Source of the DNA: Rhodospirillales bacterium
GTDB taxonomy: Bacteria; Pseudomonadota; Alphaproteobacteria; Rhodospirillales; Casp-alpha2
Assembly: GCA_965198795.1 (NCBI GenBank)
Contig: OZ240674.1
Coordinates: forward strand, 1,540,522 to 1,604,521
Direction: 5' to 3'
DNA: 64,000 bases
Shown in pieces: positions 1 through 8,733 of the stretch. Every line of letters begins with the position of its first letter. Within the stretch, counting starts at the first letter, position 1. The translations under genes and the position numbers were made by a program. Below the pieces are notes generated by a model that saw nothing but the letters and a program-made list of their open reading frames with translations, did no database searches and was not told the DNA's origin.

Positions 1-1611
1 GCGGCGGGTCAGCATGCGGATTTGTTCCAGCTTGCCGTCGCCCCAGAACGGGGTCATCTGTATCCGCCAGTCGTTCGGGTCTTGTGCGGCGGCAATGCGG
101 CTGAGTTGGGTGAAATCATCCCGCAAACGCGCCAGTAACTGCGGATTGGTTTGAGTGAGGGTTCGGATTGGCGCGTCACCCAGCCAGCTCCGCATATCGC
201 CGCCCCGCAAGGCCGTAACGAACAGAAACAGGTTTGACGCCAAATTATGTGAGGGCGAGGGCAGTATTGTCTGGATCAGCTGCCTGGACACGGCGGGTGC
301 GCCATCCGCCAACTGTCTGATTGCTTGCTCTAGCGCGGGCCATTTGTGATCGGTGATGAAGGCTTGGCGAATTTCGAATGCGGCGCGTCCAGCGTTGGTC
401 GGGTCGGCTGCGGGCGTGACTTGCCCGGTTAACTGCAACAACAGGCGGGTGCCGGGTTCCAGGTTCCGCGCGCTCAACGCCAACGGTCCGCTCGGCGTGT
501 CCACAAGGGGAAGTCCCTGGGGCGTCGTTTGCGTGCTGACGACAGCCGGAATTCGGGCCTTATCGCTAATTGGTTGCGGCGTCACGCCAGGCTGCGGCGC
601 GCTGAAGGTCGTGGCGCCGCCGGGCGGCGGGGGTTGGATTTCCACGACGCGGAAACTAGCCAGACTTCCAGCGGGCAGGGGCAAGATATTCCGCGTCGCC
701 GTGGTTGTCCCGCCGCCATAAGCCGACGCCGGAAAAGTGCTGGCCCCTGTCGGCGGGACAGGTGCTCCAGATGGCTGGGTCGCCGGGGCGGCCGTCGTGT
801 TCGTGATTAAGGGCGCGCCCGGCGTTGCTGGTGTTACCGGCGCGCCCGGTGTTGCCAGTGCGCCCGGTGTTGCCAGCGCGCCCGGTGTTGCCGGTGTTGC
901 CAGTGCGCCCGGTGTTGTCAATGCGCCCGGCGTTGCCGATGTTGCCGGCGCGCCCGGTGTTGTCAGTGCGCCTGGCGTTGCCGATGTTGCCGGCGCGCCC
1001 GGTGTTGTCAGTGCGCCTGGCGTTGCAGGGAAACCGGGGAGAGCGGGCGGGTTTGAAACGGGGCTTGCCTGTTGGGACGAAGCGTCCGCAGGAACTGGCG
1101 TTGGGCGCAGCAGTGTCGCCGTCACGACAACGCCTTGAGTCAGCACTGGAAGAACCGGGGCCGGGGCCGGGATGGCCCCGCCCGAGCTCGGCGGCGGGGC
1201 GGCGCCCTGGGCGGGCGCCGGGGGCGCGGGTTGGCCGTTGATGGTCAACAGGCTGAACCGCAGCGGCTGATTGTCGCCGAGGACCTGCAAGACGAGTTGA
1301 GCGCCGTTGTTCAAGGTCAACGGTGGTTGCGTCGGTAGTTGCAGGGTCAGCGGACCTCGACTGGTTTGAAGCGTCAAAAGCCCGGCCGCCGCCTGGCTCA
1401 ACACCTGAGCAAGCAGACGGTCGCCCGTGCTTAAGTTCGCCAGATCGGGGGGCGGGGCCGTGTTCTGGGGAACCATCAGGACAGGCGGAGGCTGTGCCGG
1501 CGGCGATGACGGAGGTGATGACGGCGGCGAAGATGGCGGCGATGACGGAGGCGGCGACGATGGCGGCGATGACGGAGGTGATGACGGCGGCGGAGGCGGG
1601 ATTTCCGACAT
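1..1611 (-). CDS. Pro/Thr/Ala-rich repeat protein, C-terminus cut by window edge (hypothetical; directly downstream of flhF)
   Basis: Absent from the supplied ORF track because it runs off the window. Splitting the + strand into triplets from position 1 gives no tta/cta/tca up to 1611. ATG at 1611..1609, in-frame stop just upstream at 1617..1615, 13 nt after the flhF stop. Third codon positions are G/C-rich. Translation begins MSEIPPPPPSSPPSSPPSS, contains LAQVLSQAAAGLLTLQTSRGPLTLQLPTQPPLTLNNGAQLVLQVLGDNQPLRFSLLTINGQP and tandem ATPGALTTPGAPATS units, and ends in a non-repetitive part (..FEIRQAFITDHKWPALEQAIRQLADG..DWRIQMTPFWGDGKLEQIRML..). Confidence 0.6.
   Translation of the reverse strand, partial: MSEIPPPPPSSPPSSPPSSPPPSSPPSSPPSSPPSSPPAQPPPVLMVPQNTAPPPDLANLSTGDRLLAQVLSQAAAGLLTLQTSRGPLTLQLPTQPPLTLNNGAQLVLQVLGDNQPLRFSLLTINGQPAPPAPAQGAAPPPSSGGAIPAPAPVLPVLTQGVVVTATLLRPTPVPADASSQQASPVSNPPALPGFPATPGALTTPGAPATSATPGALTTPGAPATSATPGALTTPGALATPATPGALATPGALATPGAPVTPATPGAPLITNTTAAPATQPSGAPVPPTGASTFPASAYGGGTTTATRNILPLPAGSLASFRVVEIQPPPPGGATTFSAPQPGVTPQPISDKARIPAVVSTQTTPQGLPLVDTPSGPLALSARNLEPGTRLLLQLTGQVTPAADPTNAGRAAFEIRQAFITDHKWPALEQAIRQLADGAPAVSRQLIQTILPSPSHNLASNLFLFVTALRGGDMRSWLGDAPIRTLTQTNPQLLARLRDDFTQLSRIAAAQDPNDWRIQMTPFWGDGKLEQIRMLTRR
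896..1030 (-). repeat. In-frame 45-bp tandem repeat (3 units; degenerate 15-nt subunits extend back to about 826)
   Basis: gttgccggcgcgcccggtgttgtcagtgcgcctggcgttgccgat at 941..985 recurs at 986..1030 (diverging only at the last bases), with a close variant at 896..940. It encodes the TPGA-type units of the minus-strand ORF. Confidence 0.85.
1501..1598 (-). repeat. In-frame short tandem repeat encoding the (PPSS)n N-terminus
   Basis: Repeated ggcgatgacggaggtgatgacggcggcg-type units on the + strand, read as PPSSPPSS on the minus strand. Confidence 0.7.
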
Positions 1612-1624
1612 CGGTCAAGCCAAT

Positions 1625-2713
1625 TCAGCCCAACTGGGCGCGTTTGCTGATATCCAGTTCGCTGGGCGGCGGCAGAGCGGCGTCAAGACCCGCGTCACCT
1701 TCGTCCGGGACTACCTTGAGTTCCGCCGGCGCGCCGGCGCGTCCAGCGCGGGTCTTCAGCGTCGAGTCGAGAGCGGCGCCCCCGGCGAACAGGAATTCCG
1801 TTAGTTCACCGGCGGCGGCGGCTTGAACGGGTTTCGAGGCGTCAATGCCGTGTGTGACGCCGGCCAGCGATAACGCGCTCGCTTCCATGGCGCTCAAGAT
1901 ACCGCCAAATCGCCGGGCCGCGTCCATGCGGGTGACGATCATCCGGCGGGCTCCGACGGAGCCGAACGCAAGCGCCGTATCCGCCGACTCCAGAGCATCC
2001 AGACCTGCGGGCAGAACCAAGATCGGTTCCATGGGGCAGGCCTTGGCGAAACCGGCCAGGCTTTCCAGGTCTTCATCATTACCCGGCGTCACGGCCGGGC
2101 TGTCGATGAGCAGGAGGTTCCGGGCCGGAATGCGCGAGGCGGCTTCTGCGAGTTCCCCAGGTGTTTCGGTGATCAGGACTTCCAGATCGAGAACGCGGGC
2201 AAAGGCGGAGAGTTCCTCGACGCCTCCGGCGCGCCGCAGATCAGCCGTTAGAATTTGAACTTTGCGCCCAGCCAGAATGGATTGGGCGGCGAGCTTTACA
2301 AGGGTGAGCGTTTTGCCAGCCCCCGGAGGACCCATCAGCATGATGCGCTGGCCCACGAGATCAAGGTCCAGCGGCTCAAATCCGAAGTCCATGGTCAGCG
2401 CCCCGGCCAGGGCGTGGAGCGGTTCCGGCGCATCCATCAAGCCCGCCGCCTTCGCCAGACGGTCCGCCAGAACCAGGGGCGTTCCGTGCGCCGCCAACCG
2501 CGCGAGGACGGCGTTTTGCCGGGCTTCCGCATCCAGGGGCGCGGTGCCAAAGGCGGGCTCGGCCTCGCTCAGGGGGCAAGTCGCGATTACCTGGCGCAGA
2601 CCGCTGTCTTTGAGCGTGCCGGCGGAAACGATGGCCGCGTCGCCGCCCAATTCGCGGCGCACCTGGGTCATGGCTTCCATCAAGGTCGGTGCGGTGAAGG
2701 TCCACAGTCTCAT
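1625..2713 (-). CDS. flhF: Flagellar biosynthesis SRP-type GTPase FlhF
   Basis: P-loop MLMGPPGAGKTLTLVKLA, followed by ILTADLRRAGGVEEL and LLIDSPAV (SRP-GTPase G motifs). Sits directly downstream of flhA. Confidence 0.85.
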   Translation of the reverse strand: MRLWTFTAPTLMEAMTQVRRELGGDAAIVSAGTLKDSGLRQVIATCPLSEAEPAFGTAPLDAEARQNAVLARLAAHGTPLVLADRLAKAAGLMDAPEPLHALAGALTMDFGFEPLDLDLVGQRIMLMGPPGAGKTLTLVKLAAQSILAGRKVQILTADLRRAGGVEELSAFARVLDLEVLITETPGELAEAASRIPARNLLLIDSPAVTPGNDEDLESLAGFAKACPMEPILVLPAGLDALESADTALAFGSVGARRMIVTRMDAARRFGGILSAMEASALSLAGVTHGIDASKPVQAAAAGELTEFLFAGGAALDSTLKTRAGRAGAPAELKVVPDEGDAGLDAALPPPSELDISKRAQLG

Positions 2714-2746
2714 TGTCTTTCGCCTAATGCTTATTACCCGAATGTC

Positions 2747-4960
2747 CTAGACCTGACCGACGGTTTTGATCTTGGCCTTGGGATGAATTTCGTTCTGCGA
2801 CATGACCACTGTCATGGGGCGGAACCGTTCGATGATGGAACGCACATAAGGCCGGATGGCCGGACTGGTCAGCAGCACGGGCGTTTCGCCTATCATGGCC
2901 TGGCGCTCGAAGGTGTTGCGCAGGTTGCCGATGAACTCCTGGAGGCGCGAAGGCGCCATGGACAGTTGTTTTTCCTCGTCGCGCCCGACCAGACTCTCCG
3001 CAAAAGCCTGCTCCCATTGCGGGGATAGCGTCACCAGAGGAATGAAGCCCTGGTCGTTGACGTTCATGTCGGAAATCTGGCGGGACAACCGGCCGCGGAC
3101 ATGTTCCGTGATCATCATGATGTTGCGCGTGGTGGCCGAAGCCTCCTGGACGCCCTCCAGAATTGTCGGCATGTCGCGGATCGAGACGCGTTCAGTCAAC
3201 AGGTTTTGCAGAACGCGCTGAACGCCGCCGAGTGTAATCGCGTTCGGGATCAAGTCGGCGATCAGTTTTTGTTGCTCTTTGTCCAATTCGTCCAGCAACT
3301 TTTGAGTCTCGGTGTAGGACAGAAGTTCCGGCATATTGTCTTTAATCAATTCGGTCAAATGCGTGGTCACGACGGTCGCCGGATCAACAACCGTATAACC
3401 TCGAAACAGCGCTTCCTCCCGGTTTGACTCTTCGATCCACATGGCCGGCAAGCCAAAAGTGGGTTCGGACGTTTTCTCGCCTGGCAAGGTGATCTCCTCA
3501 CCGCGCGGATCCATCACCATCAGCATGTTGGGGCGCAGGTCGCCGCGTCCCGCTTCGATTTCCTTAACCCGGATAATGTAGGTGTTGGCGGGTAACTGCA
3601 TGTTGTCTTGAATGCGCACGGCGGGCATGACGAAGCCAACTTCCGTCGCCAATTGACGTCGAAGGGCCTTGATTTGATCGGTCAGGCGCTGACCCGATTC
3701 AACCGGCGCATTGACCAGAGAGAGCAGGCCATAACCCAGTTCCAAGCGCAGATAATCGATCTTAAGCGCTGTCGATATCGGCTCTTCCGCCTGCTTCGCG
3801 GACTCCTTCGGCGCTTCTTCCCGTTGCCTGAGCGCCATTTCCTCCGCCTGTCGGTGTTTCCAGGTCGTGTAGTAGGAGATACCTCCGGTGGCCGCGGCCA
3901 GCAGCAGGAACGGGATCATCGGGACGCCCGGCAAGACCGCCAGGGAAACCAGCAGGAAAGAGGTAACGGCAAGCGACTTCGGCTGGCCGCCGATCTGTTT
4001 GAACAGCGTGGCTTCCGTCGGTCCGGAAATGCCCGCCTTGGTGACCATCATACCGGCGGCCGTCGAAACGATCAGGGCGGGAATCTGGCTGACCAGACCA
4101 TCGCCGACTGTCAGGCGGGTGTAGGTGTCGGCGGCCTGGGCGAAGGACAGATCATTCTGCGCCACACCGATGATCATGCCGCCGATGACGTTGATCAGCG
4201 TAATCAACAAGCCGGCGATGGCGTCGCCGCGAACGAACTTCGACGCGCCGTCCATGGCGCCGAAGAAGCTGGACTCGTCTTCCAGTTCCTTCCGGCGCGT
4301 CTTGGCGGTTTCCTCGTCGATCAGACCGGCGGAAAGGTCCGCGTCGATGGCCATTTGTTTGCCGGGCATGGCGTCCAGCGTGAAGCGTGCGGCGACTTCC
4401 GCGATTCGGCCCGAACCCTTGGTGATGACGATGAAGTTGACGATCACCAGAATCGCGAAAACGATCACCCCGATCACATAGTTGCCGCCCATGACGAAGC
4501 CGCCGAACGCCTCGATCACTTGACCGGCCGCGTTCGTGCCCGTGTGCCCGTCGGCGAGAATCAAGCGCGTCGAAGCGAGGTTTAACGATAACCGGATCAT
4601 GGTCGCCAGCAGCAGGACGGTCGGAAAGGAGTTAAACTGCAATGGCTTTTCAATGAAGATTGCCGTCATCAGGATCATGACCGAGAAGGTGATGGAGAAC
4701 GCCAAGCTGACGTCGAGCAGCCACGTCGGCAGCGGCAAGATAAGGACGACCAGGATGGCGACAACGCCGAGGGCGAAGAAGATATCGCCCCGTTTCATCA
4801 TATTGCCGACGCGCTTGCCCATGCCGTCGGCGCTTTCTCCGCCATGTTCCAATGGCGGCGCCATGGAAGCCGGCGCGGCGGTCTGCTCAGCTTCTTGGGT
4901 TGTTTCCGCCATGGATGTCCCGTTCCTTATCCCGCGTCTGGGATTAAGGTAGGGAGGCAT
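2747..4960 (-). CDS. flhA: Flagellar type III export gate protein FlhA (likely true start MAETTQ at 4912)
   Basis: Hallmark FHIPEP sequence ..GGFVMGGNYVIGVIVFAILVIVNFIVITKGSGRIAEVAARFTLDAMPGKQMAIDADL.. and a conserved cytoplasmic C-domain. An ATG at 4912 has aggaa upstream. Confidence 0.95.
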   Translation of the reverse strand: MPPYLNPRRGIRNGTSMAETTQEAEQTAAPASMAPPLEHGGESADGMGKRVGNMMKRGDIFFALGVVAILVVLILPLPTWLLDVSLAFSITFSVMILMTAIFIEKPLQFNSFPTVLLLATMIRLSLNLASTRLILADGHTGTNAAGQVIEAFGGFVMGGNYVIGVIVFAILVIVNFIVITKGSGRIAEVAARFTLDAMPGKQMAIDADLSAGLIDEETAKTRRKELEDESSFFGAMDGASKFVRGDAIAGLLITLINVIGGMIIGVAQNDLSFAQAADTYTRLTVGDGLVSQIPALIVSTAAGMMVTKAGISGPTEATLFKQIGGQPKSLAVTSFLLVSLAVLPGVPMIPFLLLAAATGGISYYTTWKHRQAEEMALRQREEAPKESAKQAEEPISTALKIDYLRLELGYGLLSLVNAPVESGQRLTDQIKALRRQLATEVGFVMPAVRIQDNMQLPANTYIIRVKEIEAGRGDLRPNMLMVMDPRGEEITLPGEKTSEPTFGLPAMWIEESNREEALFRGYTVVDPATVVTTHLTELIKDNMPELLSYTETQKLLDELDKEQQKLIADLIPNAITLGGVQRVLQNLLTERVSIRDMPTILEGVQEASATTRNIMMITEHVRGRLSRQISDMNVNDQGFIPLVTLSPQWEQAFAESLVGRDEEKQLSMAPSRLQEFIGNLRNTFERQAMIGETPVLLTSPAIRPYVRSIIERFRPMTVVMSQNEIHPKAKIKTVGQV

Positions 4961-5037
4961 GGTTGCTTAATGGTTAAGGTGGGTAAATTTTGCCCACTGT
5001 TTTTTGGCTTGGACGCAGCCCGGGCCTTGGATGCGAT

Positions 5038-6375
5038 TTAACCGCCGCCCGGTTGCGGAACGGTGACGCCCTCTTCCGTGTACTGACGCAGCTTATTCCG
5101 CAGTGTGCGGATGGAGATGCCGAGGATATTAGCCGCGTGGGTGCGGTTACCAAGAAAATGATGGAGCGTGTCGATGATCAGGTCGCGCTCGACGTCCGCG
5201 ACCGTGCGCCCAACCAGGGCCTGTCCGCCGCTGGTTTCTTCCGCACCGGCGCCGGCCGCGCCGCTCGGGGCGCCGGGCGTGCCGGTAAGCACGATGGCGT
5301 CCGGCGAGATTTCCTCACCCGCCGCCAAGATCACCGCGCGGTGCATGGTGTTTTCAAGCTCGCGCACGTTGCCGGGCCAGGCGTGGCTTTTAAGTTTCGC
5401 GAGGCCCGCGCCGGACAGCGGGCGTTCCTCAACGCTGTTGGCCTCGGAATATTTCTTGATGAAATGTGTGGCGAGCGGCGCGATGTCCGCGGGCCGTGCG
5501 TTCAAGGGCGGCAGTGGTAGATTCACGACGTTGAGACGGAAATAGAGGTCTTCGCGAAAATTACCCGCCTGGACTTCCCGCTCCATGGCGCGGTTGGACG
5601 TGGCGAGGATGCGGACGTCCACTTTCACCGGCTTGTTGCCACCGACCCGGTCAATTTCACGTTCCTGGATGGCGCGTAGCAACTTGGCCTGCAAACGGAC
5701 GTCCATTTCAGAAATCTCGTCCAGCAGAAGCGTGCCGCCGCTGGCTTCCTCGAACTTCCCGACGCGGCGGGCGACAGCGCCTGTGAAGGCGCCTTTTTCA
5801 TGACCGAAAAGCTCTGACTCCAAGAGATTATCCGGAATGGCGGCGCAGTTGACGGCAACGAACTGGCCGTTCTTGCGCTTGGAATTATCGTGCAGGAATC
5901 GCGCGATCATTTCCTTGCCCGTGCCGCTTGCGCCGGTGATCAGCACACTGGCTTCCGACGGCGCCACTTGCTTGGCGAGACCGATGACCTCGGTCATGGC
6001 CGGGTCTTGGTGGATGATCGCGCTGGGCTCTTCTGATACGGCGGCAAAGACCGCGGCGATTAATTCCGCGTTCGGGGGCAGGGGGACGTATTCCTTGGCG
6101 CCCGCCTTGATGGCGCGAACGGCCGCTTGGGAGTCTGAACCAACACCGCAGGCAATGACTGGAACCGAGAAACGCTCCGCGCTCAGGGCGGTGACGAGAC
6201 GGGCGACGTCCATCCCGACGTCAATCATGATCAATTCGGAACCCGCGCCGCCGCGTAACTGGTCCATCGCGCCGTCGATATTGTCCGCCTGCGTGACTTT
6301 CGCGCCGCGCCCGATGGCGATTTGGCTGGCCGCCCCGATTTGTCCTCCCAAGTTGCCGATGATCAATAAACGCAT
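5038..6375 (-). CDS. flbD: Sigma54-dependent flagellar transcriptional activator (FlbD/FleQ type): receiver-like domain, AAA+ domain, Fis-type HTH
   Basis: AAA+ motifs VLITGASGTGKE, GAFTGA, the ESELFGHEKGAFTGA loop, LLLDEI, and C-terminal HTH ..GNRTHAANILGISIRTLRNKL. N-terminal CheY-like fold. Flagellar context. Confidence 0.8.
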   Translation of the reverse strand: MRLLIIGNLGGQIGAASQIAIGRGAKVTQADNIDGAMDQLRGGAGSELIMIDVGMDVARLVTALSAERFSVPVIACGVGSDSQAAVRAIKAGAKEYVPLPPNAELIAAVFAAVSEEPSAIIHQDPAMTEVIGLAKQVAPSEASVLITGASGTGKEMIARFLHDNSKRKNGQFVAVNCAAIPDNLLESELFGHEKGAFTGAVARRVGKFEEASGGTLLLDEISEMDVRLQAKLLRAIQEREIDRVGGNKPVKVDVRILATSNRAMEREVQAGNFREDLYFRLNVVNLPLPPLNARPADIAPLATHFIKKYSEANSVEERPLSGAGLAKLKSHAWPGNVRELENTMHRAVILAAGEEISPDAIVLTGTPGAPSGAAGAGAEETSGGQALVGRTVADVERDLIIDTLHHFLGNRTHAANILGISIRTLRNKLRQYTEEGVTVPQPGGG

Positions 6376-6463
6376 GGTGCCGGTCTCCCGCCGTCGAGGT
6401 TTATGATTATAAAAACTAGTCTTCCATGATCAATAGATGATCAAAAACGCATGGCGCCGGTCT
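6358..6463 (-). repeat. Direct duplication (about 28 nt) of the flbD translation-initiation region
   Basis: gatgatcaataaacgcatggtgccggtct (6358..6386, covers the flbD ATG and first 6 codons on the minus strand) recurs as gatgatcaaaaacgcatggcgccggtct (6436..6463). The upstream copy reads ATG CGT TTT TGA on the minus strand. Confidence 0.8.
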
Positions 6464-6470
6464 TCGGGTC

Positions 6471-7271
6471 CTAGTCGAAATAATTGACACGCTGCGCCGG
6501 CGGCAGGACGCTGTTCAGCAGTATCTCCAAACGGCGCGGGTTTTCCTGCCGGCCTATGGACGAGGCGGCCAGAACGAACACTTGATTGACCATGGCCTCT
6601 TCCTGGCTGTTTTGTTCCAACTTGGCGGCCAGCGGCGCGAACACCATGTTGGCCAGGACGGCTCCATAGAACGTGGTCAGCAGGGCGACCGCCATGCTGG
6701 GGCCGATGCTTGAAGGATCGTCCAGATTGGCGAGCATCTGCACCAGACCGATCAATGTCCCGATCAGGCCCATAGCCGGTGACAGTTCCGCCATCCGCCG
6801 CAGGACCCCGCTGGCCCGGTTGTGGCGCTGGGTGGTCGCCACCATGTCGCGGCGCATGATCAACTCGACCTCCTCGCCGGGAGTCCCGTCCACGACCATA
6901 CCGACGCCTTTGTGAAACATGGGCTCATGCCGGGTCGACTCAAGCGTGTTTTGCAACGTCAGAATCCCTTGTTTGCGGGCCATCTCGGCGATTTGCAGCA
7001 CCATCATCGCCGCGTCGTTGGGGGAGCGTTTCTGCTTTGAGAACGTTTTGCCGATGACCCTCAGAGTGCGGATCATTTCCCCCAGGGAATAGCTTACGGT
7101 GGTGATGGCGATGGTTCCGCCGACCACGATCAGGATCGAGGGAATGTTGATGAAGCTAGAGGGAGACCCGCCGAGAATGATCGCGGTCGCCACCAACGCA
7201 AAGCCAATCGCCAGCCCGGCGACGGTCGCCAGATCAACGCCGGCTTTTTGCCGCCCGGCCGAATCAGCCAT
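6471..7271 (-). CDS. motA: Flagellar stator protein MotA (MotA/TolQ/ExbB channel family)
   Basis: Four-TM layout. C-terminal MotA/ExbB signature ..SPAMGLIGTLIGLVQMLANLDDPSSIGPSMAVALLTTFYGAVLANMVFAPLA.. Confidence 0.85.
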   Translation of the reverse strand: MADSAGRQKAGVDLATVAGLAIGFALVATAIILGGSPSSFINIPSILIVVGGTIAITTVSYSLGEMIRTLRVIGKTFSKQKRSPNDAAMMVLQIAEMARKQGILTLQNTLESTRHEPMFHKGVGMVVDGTPGEEVELIMRRDMVATTQRHNRASGVLRRMAELSPAMGLIGTLIGLVQMLANLDDPSSIGPSMAVALLTTFYGAVLANMVFAPLAAKLEQNSQEEAMVNQVFVLAASSIGRQENPRRLEILLNSVLPPAQRVNYFD

Positions 7272-7335
7272 TTGTGCTTACCCTGCTCACACCGTTAACG
7301 GACGCGGCCGCTGTTCCTCCAAACCCCGTGGAGTA

Positions 7336-7743
7336 TCAGTTTCTCTCGGTCTTGATAATTTCCGTCATGGTCACGCCGAGGCGGTCCTCCACGACGACGA
7401 CCTCGCCACGCGCCACCAGGCGGTTGTTGACGTAAATATCGATGGCCTCGCCGACTTTCCGGTCCAGTTCGATGACGGCGCCCCGGCCCAGCCGAAGCAA
7501 TTGACTGACCTGCATGGATGTCTTGCCCAGGACGGCGGAAACCGTCACCGGGATATCATAGACCGCTTCCAGATCCCGGGCGGATTTCGGAAGATCGGTG
7601 ATTTCCGGCAACCCCGAGGGCTCGCCGCCGCCCGGCGTCAGGTCCTCGCCGCCGGCGTCCAGCGCCTCGCCGCCGCCCGGCGCTTCGGCGGCGTCGCCGC
7701 CGCCTTCGAAATCATCGAGATTCAGATCGGACTCTTCGGACAT
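7336..7743 (-). CDS. fliN: Flagellar C-ring/switch protein FliN
   Basis: C-terminal SpoA domain YDIPVTVSAVLGKTSMQVSQLLRLGRGAVIELDRKVGEAIDIYVNNRLVARGEVVVVEDRLGVTMTEII, with an acidic N-terminus. Confidence 0.9.
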   Translation of the reverse strand: MSEESDLNLDDFEGGGDAAEAPGGGEALDAGGEDLTPGGGEPSGLPEITDLPKSARDLEAVYDIPVTVSAVLGKTSMQVSQLLRLGRGAVIELDRKVGEAIDIYVNNRLVARGEVVVVEDRLGVTMTEIIKTERN

Positions 7744-7755
7744 GCGATCCTCCTG

Positions 7756-8601
7756 TTATCCTTCGCTTGGGGGCGTTTCTCCGCCAGGCGCGCCTGCGGA
7801 CCCGGCCGCCGTTGGTCGCCCGTCTTCCAGTATAGCCGGGTCTGCGGCCGCCAGCGCGGGCCCGGCGTTTTCCGCGGATCGATCACCGTTCATTCGCTCG
7901 GCCTCGGCCTTTACGTCCCGGCCCAGATAGTCGGCCAGAACAGCGTCGATGCGGGTCCAAATTTCCCCGGTTTTCCGCTCAACTCCTCCGGATCCCCACT
8001 CAATCGAACAATCACCTTCCGGCGCCGTGTTGTCGGCGACAATGCTGATCTTGCCCAAATACCCGCGTTCCTGGGCAATGGCGTTCAACCGGTCTCCGAT
8101 GACGGACTTGGCTTCCGGATTCAAGCGAATCAGTAAGCGCGGCTCGTTCAACAGGTGCGGGACGGTCGTCTCGATCATCGCCTCGATCTCATGGACTTTC
8201 TGAACGTCATTCAAGGACGGAAACAGTTTGCGGACGATGGTGGTGGCTAGGGTCAGGGCGTCGGCCAGGATTTCGGCGTTGACCGCTTCCTGCCCCTGGA
8301 TGAGTTCGGCGGCCTGCTCGGCGAGCCTATCCGCCGTGTCCGCCATACGGGTCTCGCTGGACGTCAGCGCTTCCTTCGACGCCTCCGCCTTGCCCGCTTC
8401 GAACGCCTCCGCTTTGGCGGCCTCCAATTCATCTTCCGAAAATACCGGAGCCTCGGGCTCGGGAACCGGCTCGGCCATCATTTGCTCATCGAGCGGCGCG
8501 CCTTGCCCGTCGCCGGTCTCTTCTCCCGCGAACGCCTCGGCGGTGATGGAGAAGTCCGTATCGAACGTGAATTTTCGATATTCCCGCGTCGCTGTCGCCA
8601 T
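7756..8601 (-). CDS. fliH: Flagellar assembly protein FliH-like
   Basis: Position between fliF and fliN. Acidic/Ala-rich coiled-coil centre (EAAKAEAFEAGKAEASKEA) and a C-terminal ..LLIRLNPEAKSVIGDRL..GDCSIEWGSGGVERK block typical of FliH. Confidence 0.65.
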   Translation of the reverse strand: MATATREYRKFTFDTDFSITAEAFAGEETGDGQGAPLDEQMMAEPVPEPEAPVFSEDELEAAKAEAFEAGKAEASKEALTSSETRMADTADRLAEQAAELIQGQEAVNAEILADALTLATTIVRKLFPSLNDVQKVHEIEAMIETTVPHLLNEPRLLIRLNPEAKSVIGDRLNAIAQERGYLGKISIVADNTAPEGDCSIEWGSGGVERKTGEIWTRIDAVLADYLGRDVKAEAERMNGDRSAENAGPALAAADPAILEDGRPTAAGSAGAPGGETPPSEG

Positions 8602-8733
8602 GGGCGCCGTTTTTCTTTCTGATCCGTTGGTTGACTATCTAACTACTTCGGGCGAATGGTAAAGTCCAATCGGCAGCGGTCGGGCCATGTGGTTCAAGAG
8701 TCCGCGGCCCAGCCACTCAGATTGATTGCGGGG

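Noticed and set aside
656-1826. Track ORFs 656..1618(-), 737..1138(+), 825..1241(+), 1323..1826(+) and 1427..1804(+), with odd Arg/Gly/Pro-rich or repetitive translations
   Set aside because: They are alternate frames of the real minus-strand ORF (1..1611) or of flhF. The translations are low-complexity (RTGNTGRAGN.., PVLPVRPVLP..) and typical of off-frame reading of GC-rich repeats. The in-frame product is more protein-like and has GC-rich third codon positions.
5005-5019. A sigma54-spaced GG-N10-GC element, TGGCTTGGACGCAGC
   Set aside because: It is on the plus strand and points into the 3' end of minus-strand flbD, with no plus-strand gene downstream. The -12 region (CAGC) is poor.
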